Assembly (NCBI RefSeq): GCF_004010195.1
Contig: NC_057718.1
Coordinates: forward strand, 41,882,444-41,946,443
DNA from: Chiloscyllium plagiosum
Lineage: Eukaryota
Length of the DNA: 64,000 nt
Direction of reading: 5' to 3'
Below the pieces are notes generated by a model. That model had not been told where the DNA came from and made no database searches. It saw nothing but the letters and a program-made list of their open reading frames with translations. Positions 50,715 through 64,000 of the stretch are shown here, one piece after another. The translations under genes were made by a program, and so were the position numbers. Numbering within the stretch: position 1 is the first letter of the stretch; the number at the start of each line of letters is the position of its first letter.

Positions 50715-50970
50715 TTGAATCCCTACAAGATGGAATCAGGCCAGTTAGCCCTTCAAGTCCGCACAGATTCTCCAAAGTGCATCCCACCCAGATCCACCCA
50801 GCTTCCCTATCCCTAAAATCCTGCAATTCCCACGGATAATCTACCTAGTCTGCACATCCTTGGATTCTGCCGACACAAGGAGAATGTGCAAACTCCACAT
50901 GAGGCTGGAATCAAAGCTTGGTCCCTGGCACTGTAAGTCAGCAGTGCTAACCACTGAGATACCGTGTCAC
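50715..50970 (-). mobile_element. HE1-like SINE
   Basis: GAATGTGCAAACTCCAC...GCAGTGCTAACCACTGAG. Confidence 0.8.
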
Positions 50971-51284
50971 CCTCACTGCAGGAGAAGTAGCAGACAGGTT
51001 CTCCTACACAGTACTCAGATGTGGATGCTATTGGGTGACATGTAAGAACAGTTCTAATGGATGTGTGCACCCAGACACAGGATCCAGATAGGGTTCAGTC
51101 AATGTTGAGGAACATGCAGGAGTCTGGCTCCATGTTGGCAGAAGCCATTGTACAGAACTTCTTCTGACCACAGCCTCCTCTCTATCTCGTCAGTATATCT
51201 GCATGTCATTGGTATTGCCACTGTGTCCACCTTTGTTGCAGCTTTTAAAGGGACAGTTCAGCAAAAAGCTGTAAAACAATTGTC

Positions 51285-51515
51285 CTGCAGCAGACTCCCA
51301 CTAACAGCAATGAGATAATGATTAGGTCAATACCTTACTTATCATTGTTATGATATGGATTTAATGATAAATATTGTCCGGAGCACCATGGATAATTCCT
51401 CTTCTTCAAAATAGTATCATGGAATATAATTTACATCCATTGAACAGCTGGATGTGGCCGAGGTTTATCTGAAAGTCAGCAAACACAAAAATTGTTGCAC
51501 TCACTCAGTACTATC
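51285..51515 (-). mobile_element. AmnSINE1-like Deu-SINE fragment
   Basis: AACAGCAATGAGATAATGA...GATAAATATTG...CTTCTTCAAAATAGT...TTTACATCCA. Confidence 0.65.
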
Positions 51516-52102
51516 CCAGCCTAATCAACTTTTCCCTGTCACTCAAGTCCTCCAATACCGGCAACATCCTTGTAAATCTTTTCTGTCTCTTCTCAAGTTT
51601 AACAACGTCCTTTCTATAGAAGGAAAAAGCATTGTAAAATAAATAAAAAGACCCCTTTCATAATAGGAGTACAATTACAGCCTTTACAAGATATCTTAAG
51701 GTATAGCAGAATGAATTGATAAGAAATTTGTTAAGATTTCAGCATCTCCTAGAGTTTAGGAGCCTGCCACTTTAAGACAGCTAGTTAACAATAGTGCCAA
51801 TAATCACTTAGAAGCAGCTCAGTGCCATTCAAAGAAATATGTGTGCAAAGACTCCTGATATTCATTTTTCAGTCAGTCAGGTGCAAGTACCAGAAGTTAG
51901 AGTGAGATTTGCATGAAATGCTCCTGAAAAGTAAAATGAGAACAAAGGGGATCAGTGCTCATTTTTCTTTCATGCCAGCAACTTTTGGGGAGTTTATGGG
52001 AACAGAGCAGTAAAAATTAGACAGTGTTCTCCACCTCCAATCATAGCTGAAAAGATGGTTCATATCACAAAGAAAACAATGTTTTTTCCTGCAATTTATT
52101 TA

Positions 52103-52442
52103 TAGAATCCCTACAGTGTGGAAACAGGCCCTTCAGTCCAACAAATGCACACCGACCCTCCGAAGAGTAACCCACCCAGACCCATTTCCCTACTACTCTA
52201 CATTTTACCCCAGACCTAATGCACCTAATCGACACATCCCTGAACACTATGGGCAATTTAGCACAGCCAATTCACCTAACCTGCATATCTTTGGATTGTG
52301 GGAGGAAACTGGAACACCCGGGAGAAACTCACTCAGACACGGGGAGAATGTGCAAACTCCACACAGACAGTCGCCGAGGCTGGAATCGAACCCAGGTCCC
52401 TGGCGCTGTGAGGCAACAGTGCTAACCACTGAGCCACTGTGC
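52103..52442 (-). mobile_element. Full-length HE1/V-SINE
   Basis: Same head, core and tail as 48322-48640. Confidence 0.92.
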
Positions 52443-55083
52443 ATTTATATATAAAAAATTACTTTAATTACTTTCAATTTCTTCATGAGATAATACCAGA
52501 TGTCTAACACTAGAGTAAGTCTTTGGAAATGTAAAACCAAGTATACAAATGCTTCTACCCTAAAATGGTCAGTGTAGCTCAGGCTAAGTGAATCACCTTT
52601 CTGCACGTTGCTTAATGACATCCCAACTGTTTCTTTTATCATTTTCTTTGAGCTTTTCACTTGGGAGACCATATTGGATTTGACACTGATGTCCTGTAAA
52701 TCTGATTATAATCTAAAAGCTGGCCCCAATAGCTTGAGATCTAATTTATATGAGATTCAGCTTCTTTTTCCTCAGTTTAAGCAGCTGTTTTCTTCCCTCC
52801 TTGGGTGCAGCAGCCATTTTCAGCTCAAGTGCACCATGTGGCTTTAAGTATGTGTTGAACTATTACTTGCATACAATTATCATGAAAATTAATCTGCCAC
52901 TCCTGCTTGGTTCCAGATGCACACAGAGTAGCAAAATTACTCAATGTGACTAAGCTATCTGCAATGAAAATTGAAATCAAGGCAAAATGAACCTTTGTGA
53001 GGTGAAAATCTTTAATAGAAATATATTAAAACTTGAAGTAAACTTTGTTATATCAGGATGTTCCAGGGAGTTACCTTTTAAATTCTAAACCCTATTCTAA
53101 AGAAGTCTGTTGAAAACTCTTCCAATGTTTTCTACGTTGTGGTTTATAAATAAAATCTACAGATCAATTCTGCAAGGGGATGATATTCCTTCTGAGGGAG
53201 TGCAATTGTCACAGTCTCTAGTTTAATTGTTTATGCTAATGGCAATTTATTGACTCAAATGCAAATGATAAGCCAGCCAAAGTGAAATTTTATGATGAGT
53301 GAACTCCCCCCTTTTGCAAAAATTGAAAGTATCAAACAGGAAAGGCTCAAATGAGCCGAGGATGGTCTTAATGGTTGGGTTTTAATGGGGAAGGCGAAAT
53401 TAAGACTGATTTATGTGGTCAACTCCCTATTTTCCTCATCAGCTCATTTGGCAGGAAAAATGGAAAAGTGATTGTTCCTCTTGGATGAGAGGCTGCAAAC
53501 CGTTATTTATTGACTGAAATTAATCGCTGTTTATCCTTCATTCATGTGTAACTCTCTCCATCAGCATTATGAAGTGAAACACCTCCAGTAAGTCACTTGC
53601 AATTCAGTAAAAGTAGCAGAGACTCAGATGAGGCATGCCTTTCATTTTCTGGGCTGAGGAAGTTAATGACCATTCTTGGACTAAAAAAAAAACTCACAGA
53701 ACATCAACCAAAATGTAGATATTAATCGAAATATTTGTAACATTCTGTTCATCTGAATTGGGTGCTCTGCAAATAATTGTTTAAATTAATGATACAAAAT
53801 ACAACATTGCTATGATCACAATATTAGGCTACAAAGATAATCCAATACTGCACATTCCTTCCATAAAGTAACACTGTCCCTTTGTTGAAGGTGAAAGATT
53901 GTTTTTTCTAGTGATTTTTAATTTTATTTTTGTATGGCAAGTTTTTCCTTTAAAAAATCTACTTTTTTGGTTTTCCATATCACTACACTGAAAACAGTCA
54001 CTGTCATTATTCAGCTTTGAAATATGGATTCAAAACTCTCACATAAAATGACACGGAAATTAAAAAAAAATTGTAAGCTTTGACAAAAAGAAATAATGGC
54101 AAAAATTAAACTGTCATACAAATTGTAACTGCTAGAAAAAAGTCTCCATATCCGGACAGAAACCATACAATGAATATTAGAGTGGTGCTATTGTAAAAAT
54201 AGAACCATCTGAATTATTAATGCACAAATCAGACTTGTCACTGCTATTTCATTTCAGAGTGTTTAGCTTGTTGTAGCGATTGCAAGCAGTCTTTGGGACT
54301 AATCATTTGAAACAATACCATTCCTGTGAAGTGAGGTTGCACTGAAAGCCAAGCGGCGATTCTGCAAATGTTGTGCAACAACAGTTACTATTAGCATCTT
54401 GCTATTGTGTGACTGGCCATGTTTCGAATGATTTTGAAGCAGTAGAAAGTTTGCAATAAACATCATTTGTATATTTAAAATATTTATTAAGTGCTGTCAG
54501 GCCTTACTGTCATCTGTCAAAATCACCCACTGCCCTAGAATCATCCCGGAGAGCAAAATAACTGATGACCTCCGTTCCTCTGTTACTAATGTCTTTTCCC
54601 AATGACCCCATTTCCAGCCCCCTTATCCTAGCCTCAAACTTCTAGTTTCTCTACTATTCCTGTCGTCTCAGAACTCGTATAATTCAGAGAACTTAACTCC
54701 TGCTCAGTCATCCTATTGACAATTCAATTTCCTTTTGTTTTCTCCATGCTCTGTTTCGGGACTTCTCTTTCTAGGCCAAACTCACACAAAATGACTCTCT
54801 GCACTTTTAAAAATGGAAAGCAGGAGACACATGCTGAAGCCTGCCCCCTATTTTTGACAGATTTGACTTTTATCAAAAGGAGTAAATGGAGAAGAACATG
54901 ACTGAGAGAAAAACCCAAACTAGCCTAGGCCTTTTGAAATTATTGCTGGATGGATGGTTAATGTCTGTTTATGTGGCATGTCTAAAGTTATTTTTTAATA
55001 CCCCACTTTTTCAGCTGTAAAATACTGGCTGCACTCTATCAACAATTATTCAAAATCTTTCTGTTCGACTGCTTTGATTGACA

Positions 55084-55238
55084 AAAACCAAAAGAACAGC
55101 GGATGCCATAAATCAGAAATAAAAACAGAAATTGCTGGAGTTCTGAGGAAGTGTCACTTGATCTGAAACATTAACTCTGATTTCTCTCCAATTACGCTGC
55201 CAGACCTGCTTAGCTTTTCCAGTAACTTTTGTTTTTGA
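55084..55238 (+). mobile_element. Penelope-derived mini-element with inverted ends
   Basis: 11-bp TSD TTTGATTGACA (55073-55083, 55239-55249); decayed CTGAGGA...GAAA motif. Confidence 0.8.
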
Positions 55239-57389
55239 TTTGATTGACAGGTCAGTCAGTGTAGCATCTATTCAAGTGATTTCAAAAAGACTATTTGATG
55301 GATGTTCCCCTAAGGCGAATTCAAATGAATGTTTGGCTGAGTTTCAATAGTTACAAACATCTCAGCAGGGTATTCTGATTTCACAGTTTGATTGACAGAT
55401 CAAAGTGACTACTAGAGAGTTAGAGCTATAACAAAACTGTGTTTGTTTTTATAAGAAATTAACCCCTTGATTAGATTGCAAAGAATGATGCTTTCATGGA
55501 TGGGAGTTTTTTTCACTATCATGTTTTGATACTGAGAGCTGTTTTCTTGATCCTGGGTGAGTTTGCATTACATAAGCATGAGCATATGAGGGGCTATGGT
55601 TGGGGGACCAGTTGCTAAGGAGGGTATGTGAGACCAGAAGGAGTTGAGAATTTGTAAGGCATAGAGGGTTCAAATTGTCTGAAAAAAACAGCGACTAAGT
55701 ATCAGGGAGCTGAAGTGAGCTTACTCACCAGCTCACTTCAACAGATGGAAGCCCATGTATCACCCTCAAAACTACTTCTGTAGTCATTGGGCCTACCTCT
55801 TCCTCCAACAACACCCCATTACAACAGAGTGTGGAATTGATTAACTTAAGCTACTGCCTCGCTGTTCAAAATCCAGCCCTCCTTTCCTGTGTATTTTACA
55901 AAGGGTGGGTATATTATCAGTTACCTGTGCTTCGATCTCTGGAATTTCTGTCCAAAATCATTTAGCCTTTCCAACAAACTCACCTCTTTTATAACTCCCC
56001 TTAAAATCTAACTATTTTGTCATTGATTGATTCTCCTAAAATCTCTTTCTGAGACTTGACACCCACTTACATCTTATTTCTGAAAAAGCAACATAGCATG
56101 TTTACATAGAATATAAAATGTAGGTTGTTGTGTTGTCCAAACCATTTAAAGAATTATATTTTGAATCTAGTGCTTGTATGGAATACTCAAAGGTTTATGA
56201 GCCACCATACTGCCCATAAATATCACATTCACTAAAATCAATCAAAGAAAAGCACTAATACATTTTGTTACTTTCAAAACAAGCGGCGAATCCTAACTCT
56301 AACCTCTGATCTACTGCAAGAAGCAGTCAGACATTTATCTGTTCTTCTCCTACTGCTCAGAGCCTCTCTTCCTCTCCATTTACCAGTAAATACCGTAGAC
56401 TACAGTCCCCTCTGAAAGTTTGCATGTTCACCTATTCTTCCTGAATGTTTATCTGCTCGAATTTCACTTGCTTGTGCTCCTTCAAATTCCAGTTCAGTGC
56501 CACCAGATCCCGCCTATCCCTGAATAATCATAAACCCGAGTAAAATTCAGCCCCACCAGCTAACTGCCTTCAGAACATACCTCTACAGAATTTTCAAATG
56601 CTCTTCTCTATCAGTATTCTTACCTTCTGCCAAGAATGTGCACCCCAGCCTCGAGTTCCAGTCCCAGACTCAAATGACAGTCTGCCTACTCATTGCCTGA
56701 ATCAACTGCTCCTCGCTTCGCAATTAGAAAAAAGAATTGGAGAAGGAGTTTTAGATAACTGCTTCCTTTTGAATATAAGTACTTCTTCGACATGTTTTTA
56801 TGCAGACGATAGAAAATTGGCTCCCCGGTTAAGAGAGGCACGAGCCCTGGTCAGCATCATGTCCGGAGCGAATGACATTCCCTGTGCAGGGCAACTCCAG
56901 ATTGATAGTGCTGGTCCACAAGTACAATGCCCATTAAAGATAGAACTAGTGCCTGGCAACAGTGAGTTATTCCAGATACTGTGAGTGTTGGAAACAGGCT
57001 AGTATCAGATGAAAGCATCACTATAAGGGCAAAGGAGGTAGTTATTGGGGTGATGTGTGATGACAAGGTGAGAAATCCTGTTTGGGCCTTACCGAGAGAA
57101 ACTCACTGAATTTGACACAGCTAAACTATGACAAGATTCAGCCGTAGAAACACCATAAAGAAAGACATGCATGAAAATTACATGGAAAGAGTGAAATGAA
57201 GTGTGAACTGTGGTATGGAAAATAGTCAGCAAAGCATTTACAGAAAGAGAAGAGCACAAGATCAGCCATCAGTATAATAACCTTAGCTATCCTGAATGAC
57301 TCTAATCCCTGATAAAGGATTTGAAAATATTACTTATAAGCTTGCTGAGCACAATATATTTTTTCAATTTTGAAAGCAAGATGTACCTA

Positions 57390-57650
57390 GATAGAATCCC
57401 TGCAGTCCACACCATCCTCTGAAGTGCATCCTATTTAGGGAACTCCACCCCCCATCCCAGTAACTCTGCATCTCCCATGACAAATCCACCTAACCTGGAT
57501 TGTGGGAGGAAACCAGAGCAGTCAAGAAAACCCACACAGACACAGGGCAATTTGCAAACTCCACACAGACAGTCACCTGGGGGTGGAATCGAACCTGGGT
57601 CCCTAGCACTGTGAGGCAGGAGTGCTAACCATTGAGCCACCATGTCACCC
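57390..57650 (-). mobile_element. HE1-like SINE
   Basis: GGATTGTGGGAGGAAACC...GCAAACTCCACACAGACAGTC...GGAATCGAACC. Confidence 0.85.
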
Positions 57651-58590
57651 CACTAGAAGTTGGCTAATTCAAATTTGTCCTTAGAATCTAAATATTAAGC
57701 AATTCTTCCATTTAGTCATCAAAGTCCAAATTCAACATCTTTGCCACTATTTTCAGGCATGAAGTAGACACCATTAGAACAAGGCAGAGGTGTGGCTGCT
57801 AAATTGATCAAAACCTTTGTTTAGGTGGGCACCTAAGACCATTTCAATACTCTGCATTTTAGAATGCCTAACTGCTTAAACATGCTTAAATAGATCTCTA
57901 GTGGCTGCTCAACTGAAATGGTCCAATTCTCTTGAAATGTCAGGACCCAGAGTGTCCGTCTATTACTGGTTCAGCCTGGCCATGTTCTAGATCTGCCCAG
58001 CCACTCTCTTTTCTCCTCCTTGATTTAACTATAGGCCTCAATGCCTGATCAAATTGATAAAGCTCCTAAAATCAAATTGCATTAGGGAACCTTATTGACA
58101 ACTCCAGCTCAGCTGAATTTTAACAAATGGACCAATGTTTAATTTAGGATGGACCTCTCAGTTTTGATATGCTGTGATTGCATTCCAGCAGGAAGACAGC
58201 AGTGGGGCATGGCAAACTTTGAGCTCATTGAGTTGGGAAATCAAGGAGAAGAGGCTCCCTCTTGGATACATTTATTGCTTCCAAGTGTTTTCATGTAGAC
58301 AATGGCAAGTTCAAACTTTGCAAAAGTTGAGAGCCCTGGCCAAGATAATATTTTAGCCCAGTTCCACACTTCCACAATGAGGAATTTTCATACTCAGGGA
58401 CACGGGGAATCCCACTAAATTGCAAACACTGCACAGTGGTATTATGGACTTTCTCTGCCATCCTTCCATCGGTTGCCTGCCACTCACCCCTGCTCCTTGG
58501 CACCCTTGTTCTTGCCATCATGAACAGTATTGATCTCTCACCACAGTTGCTATTTCTATGGATTATGTCCTCCAATTTCTAACTTCTATG

Positions 58591-59602
58591 TGTGACAATG
58601 CTGCCCCTTTAACAAGGTTATTTTGTCCTTGATTTTTTAAGAGAAGTCATAAAGACAGAGATGCCAAAATGTCTGGAGAGAGGCTAGTTTAAGAAAGGTA
58701 GGAGAGTAGCCACTTCTCCCAGTTCACTCTGACACATCTTGCAGTGGTTGCCATGACAGGGTTGTATGGTGTTGTGGTTTGTGTTGTCCTGAAGGCTGAA
58801 CAGTTTGATGCGATCAATGATCTGTTTAAGGTTTGGTGGTTGTTTAAATGCAAGAAATGGAGGCGTAGGGAAGGTGTTCATCTTTATTAATAATATGTTG
58901 CAGACTGCGAAGAACATGGCGTAGTTTTTTGGCTCCATGAAAGTTCTGGACAATGAAGTGTACCCTATCGCTTGCAACCTATGTCTGTCTCCTGAGGAGG
59001 TCATTACAGTTTCTCACTGTGGCATGATGGAACTGGCAATCGATGGGTTGAGTATCGTATCCTATTCTTATGAGGACATCCTTGAGAACTTTCAGGTGTC
59101 TATCACGTTCCTATTGATCTGAACAGACCCTGTGTATGCATAGAGCTTCTCCGTAGAGGATGGCTGCTTTATTATGTTTTGGTTGGAAGCTGAAGAAGTG
59201 TAGCATTGTGAGGTTATCGTGGGTTTGCAGTAGAGTGAGGTGCTGTGGTCCCCATCCTTGATGGAAATGCATGTGTCCAAGATACTAAAGAGTAATCCAT
59301 AATAAGTCTGATGGTGGGATGAAACTTGTTGATATCACTGTGTAATTGTTTCAGTGATTCCTCGCCATGGGTCCAGAGGAAGAAAATGTCATCAATATCT
59401 CTGGTGTAATATATCTGTTTTCTTTTGGTTGGGTTTCAACTATAGTGTTTAAATAAATTCTGTTTGGCTTAAAGCCATGTGGTTTGATCTGCTGCATCAC
59501 ACCTGGGATATCCACTTCACATCTGTCTTTAAAATAAGAAAAAAATAGTGTCGAGGCCACCTTCTTAAAATATTTTGTGGGGATTTGGCCTGGTCCATAA
59601 CA
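58591..59602 (+). mobile_element. Solo LTR with 4-bp TSD, disrupted by a Penelope fragment
   Basis: TATG|TGTGACAATG...GGTCCATAACA|TATG; TG...CA termini. Confidence 0.8.
58728..59295 (-). mobile_element. Penelope-like element RT thumb/linker fragment
   Basis: LDTCISIKDG...STSLYCKPT; FPTPPFLAFKQPPNLKQII...QPCHGNHCKMCQ. Confidence 0.88.
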
Positions 59603-62600
59603 TATGTACAAATGATAACATTGCTCACACCAACTCCAGGCTTTCAAATGAGTCCTGACAAGTTAAGTCACTTGAAGTTATATACTGGGTTCCAGAAAGG
59701 TCATTAGCCCATTGTCCCTTACACAATCAATTTCTCTTAACAAATCAACATCATTTAATTTGCTGAATTTGCGAGCTGATTTCTTTTGCCTTAATAATGG
59801 TACGCATTGTTAAAACGCTATCGTTTTTTTCCAGCAAAGTTCTGAGGGAATACATTTTGCTTATTAATTATTTTTCTTTTAAATAATATTTCTTTTCCTG
59901 AAATCACATCTGCTTTCATCATCTGCAATATCAGTTAATCAGTCATTACACCTTTTTTATAGGAAGAAAGATAATATCATTTTTTCGTAATAATTTCTAT
60001 CCAGCTTCAGGTTGGATTTGTGTTATTCATTGTGTTTCTTTACAAAGATTAAGAGGCTTATATTTGTTGTTAAGAGGGTAAATTTACATTTTGTTATGGA
60101 AGAAAGAAGTTCAGATTCTTAACTAATTTTCACTTGGCTATGGAAAATGTTCATGCATCAGTATCATTTCTTCAGGTCTTTCTACGCTCCTGCCAATGAT
60201 TAAAGCCAAATATCTGCAATATCCATTTTCAGTTATCTGCAGGTACACTCTATTGTTGTGTACCTGTTATGGGCTGAATAGATTTAAAAATAGCCTTAAC
60301 TTTAATATCTACTGACTGGCCCTGTAGTGAGGGTCATAGTCCATGATAACCTACTCACACATATTCATCTGCAACCTAAGACACCTCAAAGAAGAGAAAA
60401 TAAACACATCCAAATAAAAATGTAGCAATGACTGCAAGCATTTTTCATAGTAATAAAAGTTCAAATACATAAATGATGTTTAATTTGACATTTCTGCTGA
60501 ACTAATTTGCCTACACAAAGCAATGGTTACACTGAACCAGATGCTTCTAAATAGATTGTGCTAGAAAGCACCTCATATGTCACCCAGTTCTGGGATTATG
60601 TTCTGAAAAGCATCTGCAATCATTTTTTAACTTATAATTGCTCATTTAGTCATTAACAACAATTATACAACACACTGGTGTACCGGCTGGCTGATAAATT
60701 GTTGTTTTCACATGTATGTATGATAGCGAAAGCTGAACACATATTCCAACATTTACATAATTAATTTGACAATTAATTTGTAATATTTTATTGCATAAAA
60801 CTCACTGTGTATAAACACAGTGCTCAATGGGGACTTTTGAAGTGTTGAATTTGTTTGAGAAAAGCCTTAATAACTCACTTGTGATCCTGTCACTTTGAGT
60901 TACCAGATCTGCTTCAATGTGGAATAGTTTTGTGCTGCACAGATCTCTGTGGAGTAGTCAGTATTTATAGTGTTGTGGTGACTTATTCCAAAAATTGGCC
61001 TTATATTTTTAGCATTTATATAATAATAGTGCTTTCATAGTTGAATGATTTAAATGTCAATTTGAGTAAGAACAAGGCTATTATAGCCTTAATAATCATT
61101 TCAGGAAGGTTTCATGCTGTTATAGTTTCTTTATTATTAATATTATAATAGAAATATTGGTTTCCATCTGTAGACATTTTTCAAGAACATCCCCTATAAC
61201 ATAGTTTCTTTCCCTTTTCCTTCATTTTGCACCATAATCACTGAACAGTGCTCCCCTGTCTCTCTCACAATTTCTCTCCTTGCCTCAACAACATCTTTCA
61301 CCTGAACAGATTTTCTGTCTACACCACCAACAATATGTCTCCTTCTCTATTTAACATTTGCAGAGGTCTTTATCACTCTTTTCTCCCAGCCACCCCATAT
61401 TCCAACAGTATCTCTCTCTCCCCCTCTCTCTTATCGCTCCAAAGCCAGAACAATAACATCAGCTTCTGATATTTCTATTTATTGAATTAGCATTGCTCAT
61501 TGACAAATAAATAAACAGGGAAATGTATTCATCAGCTGTTCACTAGGAGAGATGTACATGCTTTTCCCCATCTTCTTCTGCTGCACTTCTATTTACCCAG
61601 CCTCCCCATCTCATGATTTGGCATCTTTCCCTCTGAATTTCCATGATCAATTGTCTTCTCCTATTTTTTCATTTACTTGTTTCCTCATTTATTTCTCATA
61701 TATTTTGCACTTCTTAGTCTTCCATTTTATTTCTTCTGTTTGCTTATTTCTGCACACATTTGTGGTGGCTGTTCGTGCCAAATTCACTTTGCGACATGGG
61801 GAGACTACAGACATGATGAAATGTCAGGTATTTAGAATAGCATAGAGCAATCAGTTGGGAGCAGACCAAGCTAATCTCATTGATAAATGCTCCAAGCTAT
61901 TATAGTCTTGTATGTCAAGCTTCGGAGCGAGTCAATCAAACCCTAGTAGTTGACTTGGTGTATGTCTGGAAACAACAGAGGGGCCCCTGGTGTTCCTCTG
62001 CCAAAGGAATCCACTGTTGCTCCTGAAAATTATAATCCTGGAAATACTACCAAGCAAATTTAATGAGAAATATTCCTTGTTGCTTGGTAGAAGTGATCTA
62101 GCTGAAATCTGTGATTATTCAGAGCTCTAGCACAGCATCTACATTACTTGTGAAGATGATGAAGAGGAAATGACGTTGTGAGAAATAAACTTTTCAGATC
62201 AGTTTGTATTATTTTAAAGCAATTTGTCATGTGTTTATTATGTAATGAAGTTTAATTTTAATCATCAATAATAGAGTGGATGAGAAACTTTGACTATGCC
62301 AATTTCAGAGAATGCAAATGGAAAGGAATTGGAATTAGGAGAGGGGTTTTACATAATATGACTAATGATTAATGAAATTAGGTAAAAAGAAGAGAAAAGA
62401 AGAGAAAAGAAACATTTCATTTTTGAGGAGGAAGAAAATTGACGGATAGGATCAATTGTTATGAATTGCCTTTGATAGTCATCATGTTATGAAGATACAT
62501 TATGCAAAAGTATAAATTACACCAGGATAAAAAACATTGTCTCTGCTGAACACAATAATGTTGGTCACCTATTCCCAAACCATGCTTCTGATCCCGAATG

Positions 62601-64000
62601 GACAATAAATACACTCTTACATTTTGATCAGTTCTGCCCTTGAATGTTCTGGCCAGTAACGTTTTATCAAAAACAGTGGAGACCTATCCAGGAATGTTTG
62701 CATCCACCTGTGTTGTGTGTCTGTGCTGAAAACACACCCCTCTTTTAGCAATTGGTGTGTCACATAAGTAGTTTAAATGTCTTGCAACCCTTTGAAAGCT
62801 ACAAAGAGAAGGCAAGTATGTAAGGCAAGTGCATGAGGATGGCAGGTGAGGGGTGTCGGGTGCAGATAGGTGAAGGATGAGTTGCCAGGTGTGAGGGGGG
62901 AAGGAGGAAAATAGATGACGGCTTGGAGGAGGGAGGCTTAGGAGGTGGGTGGCAGCTCTGTGATGGTGTTAGGATGATACCTGGATAAAGGGGAGAATGC
63001 CAGGATGGTGAAGGGTTAGGGTGCAGAAGTGAGAGGGTAGACTGTCCGGTAAGTGGATGAGTGCTTAGAATAGAACATTGAGTCAGGTCAGCTTGGGTTG
63101 GGGCTGAGATGCCATGTCCAGAAAGCCAAGGTAGAGCAGGGATATGGGTGCAATGTGTGGGTCAAGAGTATTATGGCCCATAGGGTGCATGCGTAGAATT
63201 AACTGGATCGCTGGTTGTCAGTGTTGTGAGGTTCATTTTTCTGAGGATCAGAATCTTGTTTTTGGAGTGGACTAAAATAGCATTTCCAAGAAATATGTGA
63301 CTTGAGCTAAATGACTAGATCAGCTACCCAGTGAGATTACTGTTGAAATGTTTACTTTATGACTTACAGAAAGACAGGTCAAAGGCCAGAAGCAGGTTTA
63401 GTTCAGAAGAAAAGAATCATACCTGCAGAAGAGCAATTTAGTTTTTGCAGCCTTCCATACATCATAGCTTACATTGTTTAACATTGTTTTAACTGATCAA
63501 AGGGGTAGGACTGCAAAAAAAACCTGAGCTCCACCTGAAGTTCAGTGAGAAGAGTCAGTGAATTAGCCAGTTTTTGTGTATGTTGGAGGAGGTGGGAAGA
63601 ATCACACTTTGAGAATGTACAGGGAATTGCCAAGAGGGAATACCTGAGATCTTGTCATTTGAATAAGAAATTAAAGAATGTTCCTCAGTGCCTCTAATAG
63701 GACAAGAGAGTGGAAGAGGCAAAAGGCTGAAGGGGACAGACCAATGGCAGATCTCCATGTATGTTGTATTTTAGTATTTCATTTTTGCTCCAACTGCCTC
63801 CCCTTACCCTCCCCTGTCCCAGCAACACAAAAACCCAAAAAGCAGCTAAGGTTGTGAGCTGAACAGCCTGGAAGACAGAAACAGCACCCTTCACTGCATG
63901 GTGATTTCACTGGTGTTTGACTGTGCCACGCATTGGATTATTCTAAGTTAGGCTGTGAACAATTGAAATACCAGAATGGAGAAAGGAAAATATTTTCATT

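Noticed and set aside
50700..52100. 3' LTR of the ERV
   Set aside because: No repeat of 45350-45759 or polypurine tract plus TG was found by eye.
63701..63900. Two small exons suggested by AG/GT signals
   Set aside because: No consistent open frame or recognisable peptide, and weak donors.

Overview
Eukaryotic, repeat-dense, essentially non-genic DNA. The repeat repertoire (HE1/V-SINE-like tRNA SINEs, SacSINE1/AmnSINE-like Deu-SINEs, CR1 LINEs, Penelope-like elements) points to a shark genome; this is inferred from recognised repeat families only. There is a 744-bp N gap at 9674-10417. I can support no intact host protein-coding gene; almost all listed ORFs are TE fragments, antisense shadows or gap artefacts. 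Highlights: (1) three families of short Penelope-derived elements carrying minimal hammerhead-ribozyme motifs (CTGAnGA-stem-GAAA-palindromic tetramer) with covarying helices, often as fold-back palindromes with 11-16 bp target-site duplications (TSDs); (2) a decayed endogenous retrovirus at about 45350-50700 (LTR, tRNA-Ser PBS, RNase H and integrase remnants); (3) two decayed PIF/Harbinger transposases; (4) a degenerate U1 snRNA-like sequence; (5) a near-identical local inverted duplication; (6) fragments of possibly decayed coding sequence on the minus strand in the first 12 kb. Repeat boundaries were read by eye and are approximate unless TSDs or TIRs are quoted.
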